From NCBI GenBank assembly GCA_944368875.1, contig CALVXF010000042.1, positions 1 through 39,303 of the forward strand: 39,303 bases of DNA, read 5' to 3'. Below the pieces are notes generated by a model. The model saw only the letters and a list, made by a program, of their open reading frames with translations, did not search any database and was not told where the DNA came from. Below are positions 7,376-15,095 of the stretch, piece after piece. The stretch is from an uncultured Bacilli bacterium. GTDB lineage: Bacteria; Bacillota_I; Bacilli_A; RF39; UBA660. Position 1 is the stretch's first letter; each line of letters begins with the position of its first letter. The position numbers were made by a program, and so were the translations under genes.

Positions 7376-8392
7376 ATGAAGGTATTACTACATACTGATA
7401 AGATGGAACAAGTTGAAAAAAGTGGTGTAGGTAGAGCTATTTTGCATCAACAAAAAGCTTTAGATTTAGTTGGCGTATCTTATACATTAGATCCTAATGA
7501 TGATTATGATATTATTCATATTAATACTATTTTTCCGGAGTCTTTTTTAATGGGGAAAAAAGCTAAGAAATTAGGTAAAAAGGTTATTTATCATGCACAT
7601 TCGACAGAAGAAGATTTTCGCAATTCTTTTTTATTGTCTAATCAAGTAGCCCCATTATTTAAGTCATGGCTTAAGACATGTTATTCTTCAGCTGATTTGA
7701 TTTTAACACCAACTCCTTATTCTAAAAGATTATTAGAAGCTTATGATTTGGGGAAAGAAATTATTGCCATAAGTAATGGTATTGAGTTAGATTTTTTTAA
7801 GAAAGATGAAGAGTTAGGTAAACGTTTTCGTGAAGAGTTTAATTTTAGCAAAGATGATAAAATTGTGATGGCAGTTGGTTTATATATTGAGCGTAAAGGT
7901 ATTTTAGATTTTGTGGAACTTGCAAAAAGTATGCCGGAATATAAGTTTATTTGGTTTGGTTTCACAAATCTTAATTTAGTGCCAATGAAAATAAAAGAAG
8001 CTGTTGAAACAAAATTAGATAATTTATATTTTCCTGGTTATGTTCCAAGAGAGATTTTACGTGGAGCTTATAGTGGCGCTGATCTATTTTTCTTTCCAAC
8101 GCAAGAGGAAACAGAAGGTATTGTCTTACTAGAGGCTTTAGCTAGTAAGATTCCTGTTTTAACGCGTGATATTCCTATTTATGAAGGTTGGTTTGTTGAT
8201 GGTGTTAATATTTACAAAGGGAAAAATAATGCTGAATTTAAAGAGAAAATTGTAGGTATTTTAGAAGGAAGATTACCTGATTTAACTGAGGAAGGTTATA
8301 AAGTTGCCAAAGAGCGCGATATTAAACAAATTGGTATACAATTAAAAGCTATTTATGAAAAAGTTTTAAATGAAGAAGTTAGTATCAAATAA
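7376..8392 (+). CDS. Glycosyltransferase, family 4 (GT-B fold)
   Basis: The C-terminal EX7E motif is EETEGIVLLEALA. The N-terminal region GVGRAILHQQKAL is typical of glycolipid-synthase-like GT4 enzymes. Confidence 0.8.
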   Translation: MKVLLHTDKMEQVEKSGVGRAILHQQKALDLVGVSYTLDPNDDYDIIHINTIFPESFLMGKKAKKLGKKVIYHAHSTEEDFRNSFLLSNQVAPLFKSWLKTCYSSADLILTPTPYSKRLLEAYDLGKEIIAISNGIELDFFKKDEELGKRFREEFNFSKDDKIVMAVGLYIERKGILDFVELAKSMPEYKFIWFGFTNLNLVPMKIKEAVETKLDNLYFPGYVPREILRGAYSGADLFFFPTQEETEGIVLLEALASKIPVLTRDIPIYEGWFVDGVNIYKGKNNAEFKEKIVGILEGRLPDLTEEGYKVAKERDIKQIGIQLKAIYEKVLNEEVSIK

Positions 8393-8428
8393 CTTCTTTT
8401 TTATGTTATAATTTTATTAGGTGGTAAA

Positions 8429-9700
8429 ATGAACATTACAGATATCATAGACAAGAAATTAAAGAATTGTGTATTAAGTTATGCTGAAATAAAAAAGATG
8501 GTTATGGACTATGTAGATGGTACTATTAATGATGAGGATATGACTTCTTTTTTAAAAGCAATAGTTAAATGTGGTATGACTTATGAAGAGACCAGTGATT
8601 TAACAAAAGTTATGTTAGAAAGTGGTAAACAAATTGATTTAAGTTGTATTACTGGCATAAAGGTGGATAAGCATTCAACTGGTGGTGTTGGGGATAAGAC
8701 AACTTTAGTTTTATTACCTCTTGTTGCAAGCTGTGGTGTTAAGGTTGCTAAAATGAGTGGACGATCTTTAGGATATACGGGTGGTACAATAGATAAATTA
8801 GAATCTATTCCTGGATTTAAGGTAGATATGGATCAAGATAGTTTTATTAAACAAGTAAATGATATAGGTTTGGCTTTGGTCAGTCAAAGTGGTAATTTAG
8901 TTCCAGCTGATAAAAAGATATATGCTTTGCGTGATGTTACAAATACAGTCTCATCAATTCCTTTAATCGCATCATCAATAATGAGTAAGAAATTAGCAAG
9001 TGGAGCAGATAAAATTGTTTTAGATGTTAAAGTTGGTAGAGGGGCTTTACTTGAAAAAATTGAAGATGCTAAAACTTTGGCTCAATATATGGTTCATATT
9101 GGTAAAAGTCATGGTAAAGAGACAGTTTGTGTTTTAAGTAATATGAACGAACCACTTGGTTTTGCTATAGGTAATATGGTAGAAGTAGAAGAAAGTATCT
9201 CAGCTTTAAAAGATGAAGGTCCAAGCGATTTAAAAGAATTAGTTTTGACATTGGGATCAATTATGGTTAGTTTGGGTTTAAATATTGATGGCCAAAAAGC
9301 ATATGATATGTGTGTTGTTAATTTAAAAAATGGTTCTGCTTACGCTAAGTTTGAAGAATTTGTAAAAGCTCAAAATGGGACTTTAAATTTAATAAACGAT
9401 AGTAAAAAGTTTTCAGTTAAGGCTCATAAGACAGGATATATTACGTATATAGACACATTAAAACTAGGTGAATTAGTACGTCATTTAGGAGCTGGAAGAG
9501 TGAATATAGATGATGTTGTAGATAGTAGAGTTGGTTTTATTTTAAGTAAAAAAGTAGGAGACTTTGTTTTAAAAGATGAAGAATTATTAAAAGTTTATTT
9601 AACTAGTAAAGATTGTTTAATTAGAGATTTGTTAGATTGTTTTAAAATAGAAAATGATGTATGTGACAAAGAAAAATTGATTTTAGATATTATAAAGTAG
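8429..9700 (+). CDS. pdp: Pyrimidine-nucleoside (thymidine) phosphorylase
   Basis: DKHSTGGVGDKTTLVLLP, GRSLGYTGGTIDKLESIPG, YALRDVT and SIMSKKLA are family signatures. The length is 423 aa. Confidence 0.9.
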   Translation: MNITDIIDKKLKNCVLSYAEIKKMVMDYVDGTINDEDMTSFLKAIVKCGMTYEETSDLTKVMLESGKQIDLSCITGIKVDKHSTGGVGDKTTLVLLPLVASCGVKVAKMSGRSLGYTGGTIDKLESIPGFKVDMDQDSFIKQVNDIGLALVSQSGNLVPADKKIYALRDVTNTVSSIPLIASSIMSKKLASGADKIVLDVKVGRGALLEKIEDAKTLAQYMVHIGKSHGKETVCVLSNMNEPLGFAIGNMVEVEESISALKDEGPSDLKELVLTLGSIMVSLGLNIDGQKAYDMCVVNLKNGSAYAKFEEFVKAQNGTLNLINDSKKFSVKAHKTGYITYIDTLKLGELVRHLGAGRVNIDDVVDSRVGFILSKKVGDFVLKDEELLKVYLTSKDCLIRDLLDCFKIENDVCDKEKLILDIIK

Positions 9701-10321
9701 GTGTGTATGATGCTTGGAATAATTTTGGATGCTTTAAAGACGATATTTAATTTATTTTTGCCTTTTATTATAATTATTGTAATTATAGTTATATGCAAAA
9801 TGATATATCGCCGTTATAAGTATGGTTATGGTTGTTTAGATGTTATTAAAAAAAGGAAAATTGATCTTGATGTTGATGATGAGTTAATGGAACTTACTCT
9901 AGCTCAGTTAAGAGGTGAATATGAAGTAATTAAAACTGATAAATACTATGCCGATTTTATTGTTGTCGCAACAACAGGTGTTTATTTTATTGAAATGTGT
10001 AATGCTCATCGAGGTAATATAAGTGGTGATTTAAAAAAAGAAAAAATTGAATGGTATGATGATGGTAAATTTCATTATTTGGTTAATCCTTTTATAAGAC
10101 AATCTAAAGATTTAACTAAATTTAAAAAGAATTTCCCGTATATTAAAACTACTGGTTTTGTTGTCTTTGGTAATGATGTTTTGCTTGATTTTACATATCG
10201 TGGTAAGAGTAAAATAATTCGCAATAGAAATCTAGCATATAAGTTACAAGAATTATTAAATGAACAAACACCACATTATAGTACACAGACATTAAAAAAG
10301 ATAAAACTATATTTGAAGTAG
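9701..10321 (+). CDS. Membrane-anchored NERD (nuclease-related domain) protein
   Basis: An N-terminal TM segment (LFLPFIIIIVIIVIC) is followed by ADFIVVATTGVYFIEMCNAHRGNISGD...NPFIRQSKDL...GFVVFGND. This follows the NERD pattern D..I....G.F.IE.KN..G.I.G...NP..Q. The start is more likely ATG 9707 or 9710. The expected ExK lysine reads Cys (E98-M-C100 in track numbering). Confidence 0.62.
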   Translation: MCMMLGIILDALKTIFNLFLPFIIIIVIIVICKMIYRRYKYGYGCLDVIKKRKIDLDVDDELMELTLAQLRGEYEVIKTDKYYADFIVVATTGVYFIEMCNAHRGNISGDLKKEKIEWYDDGKFHYLVNPFIRQSKDLTKFKKNFPYIKTTGFVVFGNDVLLDFTYRGKSKIIRNRNLAYKLQELLNEQTPHYSTQTLKKIKLYLK

Positions 10322-10328
10322 GTGATTT

Positions 10329-12149
10329 ATGGCTATAACTAAAACTGATTTTATTAACTATATGCGTTGTCCGCGTTATGTGGCTTTAGAAAATATAGAT
10401 TCTAAAAAATTATATGATTTAATTTCTCTAGAAGCATATATTGATAGAGAAAAACAGGAATTATTAAAAGAATTATTGTCTGATATAAATGATTTGGAAG
10501 AAGTTAGTGATGCTCAGTTAGAAGTAATGTTGCCATATTATAAAAAAATAGAGTTATTAGCTGGTCATTTAGCTAGTAAATATTTTGAAGGTACTTTCAA
10601 GTTTTCCGAACAAACTTTAAATCAAGAGTGTTTTACATTTGTTCGTCGTAAATTAAGATATTTGTGTTATGTTGATATTTATAATGAATTAGATAATTAT
10701 TTTAATATTATTGAAGTTAAAGCTACAACAAGTAAAAAATATTTGGAATTAACATTTATAGATGAAGGTGTTAAAAAATCTATTTTTACTAAAAATGACA
10801 AAGGCATATACTATTTATTAGAAGATGATGATATTACTTATTTAAGCAATAAAAGTTATGTAAAAGCCCGTGCTAAATTATTAGATAAATATAGTCTAGT
10901 AGGACGTTATGTCTATGATTTGGCTATTCAACGTTACATTATTGAAAATGATTTAAGACAAAATGGTATGGATGATAAAATAAGAAAATCAGGATATTAT
11001 TTAGCTGTTTTGAATCATGATTATGTGTTTCAAGGACTATATGATAAAGATACACCTATTTATGATATAGATATGAATAAAGAAGAAATAATTCGCTATT
11101 TTGATATGAAAAAAATTACAAAAGAAGCTATGAAAATTGTTCATGCTGATGCTTTAAAAATAGAAAACTATTTAATTGATAAAAATGTTGAACCTTGTCC
11201 TTTAGGTATTTACTGTGAAGTTAAAAAAACAACTAAGTGTAAATATATTCCTGTTTGTTGGAAACATATTCCTAAACATAATTCAGTTTTTAGTTATATT
11301 GATAATCATCTAGGTTTTATGGTCGATTCTTTTAAAAAAACAACATATGATTTGATAAACGAAAACTATTTAAAAATGACAGATGTTCCTAATCGTTATC
11401 TTACCCGAAAGAAAAATAAGATTCAAAAAGAGGTTGTTTTAAATCATCAACCATATATAAATAAAAAGCGTATTAAAGAAATTATTAAACATATAAAATA
11501 TCCTATTTATTATTTGGATTTTGAAACTTTCCCTTGTCCTTTACCACGCTTTAAAAAAGAAAAGTGTTATAGTCAAAGTGTGTTTCAATATTCACTACAT
11601 GTTGAAACTGAAGAAGGTAAGTGCGATAAAAATCTTGATCATTATGAATATTTAGCACCTGATAATAATGATCACCGTGAAGAATTAATCAAGTCTTTAA
11701 TAAAACATATTGATTTAACTAAAGGGACAATTATAGTTTATAACATGGCATTTGAAAAAGGGCGACTTAAAGAATTAGCAACCATTTTTCCAAAATATCG
11801 AAAAGAGTTGATGCAAATGCATGATATGATATTTGATCTTTTGGATGTTCTTAAAGGCAATCAAAAATTATATAGTAAGTTAAACTTAAATAGTGATAGT
11901 ATTCCTTTTAATTATTATCACGAAGACATGAATGGATCTTTTTCAATCAAAAAAATATTACCTCTATTTTCTGAACTTTCATATGATAATTTAGGTGTAC
12001 ATAATGGAGTTGAGGCTTTAGTAACGTATGCTAATTTTGGAAATATGGATAGTGAAGAATACAAACAAAAGTATCAAGAATTATTAGATTATTGTGCACA
12101 AGATACTTGGAGTATGGTAGAGATCTTGTGGGCATTAAAAAAAATATAG
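10329..12149 (+). CDS. DUF2779-like two-domain nuclease: N-terminal Cas4-like PD-(D/E)XK/Fe-S module plus C-terminal DEDDy-type exonuclease-like module
   Basis: FINYMRCPRY contains C14. D116...E129-V-K131 lies in YVDIY...IIEVKATT. A Cys cluster sits at C290, C296, C304 and C310 (CPLGIYCEVKKTTKCKYIPVCW). The C-terminal module shows YYLDFETF (D397, E399), VYNMAFE (N472, E476) and YCAQD (Y588, D592). The start lies 7 nt after the NERD gene stop. Confidence 0.68.
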   Translation: MAITKTDFINYMRCPRYVALENIDSKKLYDLISLEAYIDREKQELLKELLSDINDLEEVSDAQLEVMLPYYKKIELLAGHLASKYFEGTFKFSEQTLNQECFTFVRRKLRYLCYVDIYNELDNYFNIIEVKATTSKKYLELTFIDEGVKKSIFTKNDKGIYYLLEDDDITYLSNKSYVKARAKLLDKYSLVGRYVYDLAIQRYIIENDLRQNGMDDKIRKSGYYLAVLNHDYVFQGLYDKDTPIYDIDMNKEEIIRYFDMKKITKEAMKIVHADALKIENYLIDKNVEPCPLGIYCEVKKTTKCKYIPVCWKHIPKHNSVFSYIDNHLGFMVDSFKKTTYDLINENYLKMTDVPNRYLTRKKNKIQKEVVLNHQPYINKKRIKEIIKHIKYPIYYLDFETFPCPLPRFKKEKCYSQSVFQYSLHVETEEGKCDKNLDHYEYLAPDNNDHREELIKSLIKHIDLTKGTIIVYNMAFEKGRLKELATIFPKYRKELMQMHDMIFDLLDVLKGNQKLYSKLNLNSDSIPFNYYHEDMNGSFSIKKILPLFSELSYDNLGVHNGVEALVTYANFGNMDSEEYKQKYQELLDYCAQDTWSMVEILWALKKI

Positions 12150-12210
12150 TGTAAATAATTGTCTAATTACTTGCAAAGCAAAAAAAGATATTATATGCTA
12201 AAAGTGGGAG

Positions 12211-12435
12211 ATGATTAGTGTGATATATCCATCAATTGATAAGTTATTAAATAAAGTAGGATCAAAGTATTTATTAGTTAACATAGTTTTGAAACGTGCT
12301 AATGAAATGGAAGCAACTGATCATTATCAAATGAAAGAAAATGAATATGCTTCCAAAAAAAATATTGGTCGCGCTTTAGAAGAAATTGCTAATAATTTAA
12401 TTCATATTGAAGGAGAAGAAAACACCGTTAAATAG
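12211..12435 (+). CDS. rpoZ: DNA-directed RNA polymerase subunit omega
   Basis: YPSIDKLLNKVGSKYLLVNIVLKRANEM matches the Firmicute RpoZ N-terminus. The likely true start is GTG 12220, 9 nt after gggag. Confidence 0.75.
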   Translation: MISVIYPSIDKLLNKVGSKYLLVNIVLKRANEMEATDHYQMKENEYASKKNIGRALEEIANNLIHIEGEENTVK

Positions 12436-12444
12436 GTGTTTTTC
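12419..12444 (+). terminator. rpoZ terminator
   Basis: aaaacacc-gttaaata-ggtgtttt stem spanning the stop codon, followed by a short T-run. Confidence 0.65.
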
Positions 12445-12526
12445 TAATTAAGTAATTAAAACACAAATAATAATATTGTAGTTTAATATTATTTTGTGTA
12501 AAGAGTTTTAAAAACTCTTTTTCATT

Positions 12527-12535
12527 TGATATAAT
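12527..12535 (+). promoter_or_regulatory. Extended -10 element (TGaTATAAT) upstream of recX
   Basis: tgatataat ends 16 nt before ATG 12551. The same TGnTATAAT or TGnTAAAAT form recurs before many genes here, for example near 3025, 7350, 8406, 15061, 18365, 35357 and 37190. Confidence 0.5.
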
Positions 12536-12550
12536 TAAAGTGGTGATGAG

Positions 12551-13327
12551 ATGAAAATTGAACATATTAAAAAGAATAATAGTGGTAAATATACTATAAA
12601 GTTTGATAATAGTGAAAAACTAGTTACATATGATGATGTAATACTTAAAAACAAACTTTTATATAATAGAGAAATAGATAATAACATTTTAAAAAATTTA
12701 TATGAAGATACATATTATTATGATATTTATAATAAAATAATTAAAATGATTAGTACTCGTCTTCGAAGTATTCATGAAATTAAAAATTATTTAAATAAAA
12801 ATAATTTAAATGAGAAAGAACAACAGGAAATTATTAATAAGTTATTGGAAGTAGGTTTACTTAATGATTTTGTGTTTGCTAAAGCATATGCTAGTGATAA
12901 GTTATATTTATCAAATTATGGGCCTAATAAAATATACAGTGATTTAAAAGAACATCAAATAGATGATGATATTATAAATCAGGTTATTAGTGCTTTAAGT
13001 GAAGATGATATAAGAGAAAAACTTGTAAAATTGATTAACAAGAAAATTAAAAATAATCATAAATATTCTAATTATATTTTAAAACAAAAAGTAATTAATG
13101 AATTATCTTTTAGTGGTTTTTCCAAAGATATGATTATTGATATTTTTGATTCTTTAGAAGTTAAAGATAATTCTAATTTAGAGCGTGAATATGATAAGTT
13201 ATATATAAAATATTCTAAGAAGTTTAAAGACTATGAGTTATTTAAAAAAATTAAAGAGAAGTTATATCAAAAGGGTTTTGATATAAATGAAATAAACAGT
13301 TTTATGAATGAAAAAAATAACGATTAA
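12551..13327 (+). CDS. recX: RecX-family recombination regulator
   Basis: The repeated three-helix pattern RLRSIHEIKNYL...IINKLLEVGLLNDFVFAKAYASDKLYLSNYGPNKIYSDLKEHQIDDDII fits RecX. Confidence 0.72.
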   Translation: MKIEHIKKNNSGKYTIKFDNSEKLVTYDDVILKNKLLYNREIDNNILKNLYEDTYYYDIYNKIIKMISTRLRSIHEIKNYLNKNNLNEKEQQEIINKLLEVGLLNDFVFAKAYASDKLYLSNYGPNKIYSDLKEHQIDDDIINQVISALSEDDIREKLVKLINKKIKNNHKYSNYILKQKVINELSFSGFSKDMIIDIFDSLEVKDNSNLEREYDKLYIKYSKKFKDYELFKKIKEKLYQKGFDINEINSFMNEKNND

Positions 13328-13336
13328 ATCGTTATT
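13316..13336. terminator. Bidirectional terminator shared by the convergent recX and HIT genes
   Basis: aataacgat-taa-atcgttatt forms a 9-bp perfect stem flanked by an A-run and a T-run. It contains the recX stop and overlaps the HIT gene stop codon (13332-13334). Confidence 0.7.
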
Positions 13337-13694
13337 TTAATTTGCTATAGATTTGTTCGATATCATGAATTTCATGGTTGTTTTTATAATATGGTTTTAG
13401 ATGAAGATGAAAATGTTTTACTATTTGAATGTCGCCATTATTTTGAATTAATGTTAAACCATCAGGATGTAATCTTTCATTTAGATGTTTACGCATTTTT
13501 TTAGTAATCATTTTTATATGTACCCATGTTTCATCATCCATATCATCAATATCTAGAATGTGCTTTTTAGGAACAATTAATAAATGACCATCACTATCGG
13601 GATTATTGTCCATAAAAACACTTACTATATCATCTTCATAAATCATTTTAGTTGGTATTTTTCCATTCGCAATTTTACAAAATATGCAATCCAT
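13332..13694 (-). CDS. HIT-family (histidine triad) nucleotide hydrolase
   Basis: MDCIFCKIANGKIP at the N-terminus, DGHLLIVPKKH, and the histidine triad HFHLHLKP. Confidence 0.85.
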   Translation of the reverse strand: MDCIFCKIANGKIPTKMIYEDDIVSVFMDNNPDSDGHLLIVPKKHILDIDDMDDETWVHIKMITKKMRKHLNERLHPDGLTLIQNNGDIQIVKHFHLHLKPYYKNNHEIHDIEQIYSKLK

Positions 13695-13867
13695 AATTTC
13701 ACCTCAATTATATTTTATCATAAAAAAAAGAGGATATCTCTTTTTTATGTGAATATCTGCGAAATATTCTATTTTTTTATGAGCAATTAATAAGTTATAT
13801 ATACAAATATTATATTAACAAGTTCATCTTATGCATAAAATAAAATGAATATATGGGGGGGTGAAAA

Positions 13868-15025
13868 ATGAAACGTGAAGATTTTCCGATTTTAGAAACA
13901 GGGATAATCTATTTTGATAATGCCGCTACAACTTTAAAACCCAAGCAAGTAATAGAAAGCATTAATGACTATTATTATTATCCAGCCAATATTCATCGTG
14001 GTGATTATGATAATGCAGTTAAAATTAGTAATTTATATGAAGATACACGTAATATTGTAAAAGAATATATAAATGCCAAGAGTTCAAGGGAAATAGTTTT
14101 TACTAGTGGGGCAACTGATTCTTTAAACAGAATAGCTTTTGGGTATTTCAATTATTTAAAGGAAGATGATGAAGTATTACTTACGAAAAGTGAACATGCT
14201 AGTAATATTTTGCCATGGCATGAACTAGGTGTAAATGTAAAATACATTCCACTTGATAATAACTATGAAGTCACTTTAGACAATATAAGGAAAGTAGTTA
14301 CAAATAAAACTAAAGTTATTTCTTTGGCTTATATAACAAATGTTATTGGTGATGTAAGACCTATTAAAGAAATTATTGAATATGCTCATGAGCTAGGTAT
14401 TTTGGTAGTTGTCGATGCAGCTCAGGCAATTTCTCATCTTAGGATTGATGTAAGAAATCTAGATGTTGATTTTTTAGCGTTTTCCGGACATAAAATGGGA
14501 GGGCCTACAGGGATAGGTGTTTTATATGCTAAAGAAAAATTGTTAATTAACATGCGCCCAATGTTTTTTGGTGGTGGAATGAATGTTGGTTTTACTAGTG
14601 ATGGAGTAAGAATTTATGAGGATGTGCCATGGCGTCATGAAGCAGGAACACCAAATATTGCTGGCGTTTTAGGGCTTCGTAAAGCGATTATGTATTTAAA
14701 TGATATTGGGTTAGAAAAGATAGCTGATTATGAATTATCATTAAAAAAGTATGCTGTTTCGAGTTTGGAGAAAAATCCTAATATCGTTATATATAATCCT
14801 AATAGTACAAGTGGTATTATTGCTTTTAATTATCGAGGTTTATCTAGTCAAGAGTTAGCAAGCTATTTAAATAAATATAATATAGCGGTGCGTAGTGGTA
14901 GTCATTGTGCTAAAGTGTTATCTGATGAGATTGGAATTAATAATGTATGTCGCATAAGTTTTTGTTTTTATAATACCAAAGAAGAGATTGATAAATTAGT
15001 GAGGGTTTTAAATAAACTAGGTTAG
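13868..15025 (+). CDS. Cysteine desulfurase, class V aminotransferase (SufS/Csd-like)
   Basis: FDNAATT, NIHRG, the PLP-lysine context FSGHKMGGPTGIGVLY, and the active-site Cys context RSGSHCA. Confidence 0.85.
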   Translation: MKREDFPILETGIIYFDNAATTLKPKQVIESINDYYYYPANIHRGDYDNAVKISNLYEDTRNIVKEYINAKSSREIVFTSGATDSLNRIAFGYFNYLKEDDEVLLTKSEHASNILPWHELGVNVKYIPLDNNYEVTLDNIRKVVTNKTKVISLAYITNVIGDVRPIKEIIEYAHELGILVVVDAAQAISHLRIDVRNLDVDFLAFSGHKMGGPTGIGVLYAKEKLLINMRPMFFGGGMNVGFTSDGVRIYEDVPWRHEAGTPNIAGVLGLRKAIMYLNDIGLEKIADYELSLKKYAVSSLEKNPNIVIYNPNSTSGIIAFNYRGLSSQELASYLNKYNIAVRSGSHCAKVLSDEIGINNVCRISFCFYNTKEEIDKLVRVLNKLG

Positions 15026-15051
15026 AAAAAGAACTTTTATAGTTCTTTTTT
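15026..15051 (+). terminator. Rho-independent terminator
   Basis: aaaaagaact-tttat-agttcttttt followed by a T-run. Confidence 0.65.
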
Positions 15052-15095
15052 GTGTTTTATGGTATAATTAAAGTGGTAAGGCTAGGAGGTATATT

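Noticed and set aside
13722-13746. A symmetric A-run/hairpin/T-run (aaaaaaaagag-gatat-ctctttttt) between the divergent HIT and cysteine desulfurase gene starts. It looks like a bidirectional terminator in a place where no transcript should end.
   Set aside because: The stem has only 3 G-C pairs, and the rest are A-T pairs formed by the flanking runs. In such AT-rich DNA this can arise by chance, and no convergent transcription units need it.
13584-13790. A 68-aa + strand ORF overlapping the 5' part of the HIT gene and the divergent intergenic region. ORFs 9595-9798(-), 30270-30458(-) and 30340-30522(+) are similar.
   Set aside because: They overlap better-supported genes or AT-rich spacers, have no RBS, and give implausible Ile/Phe/Asn-rich products.
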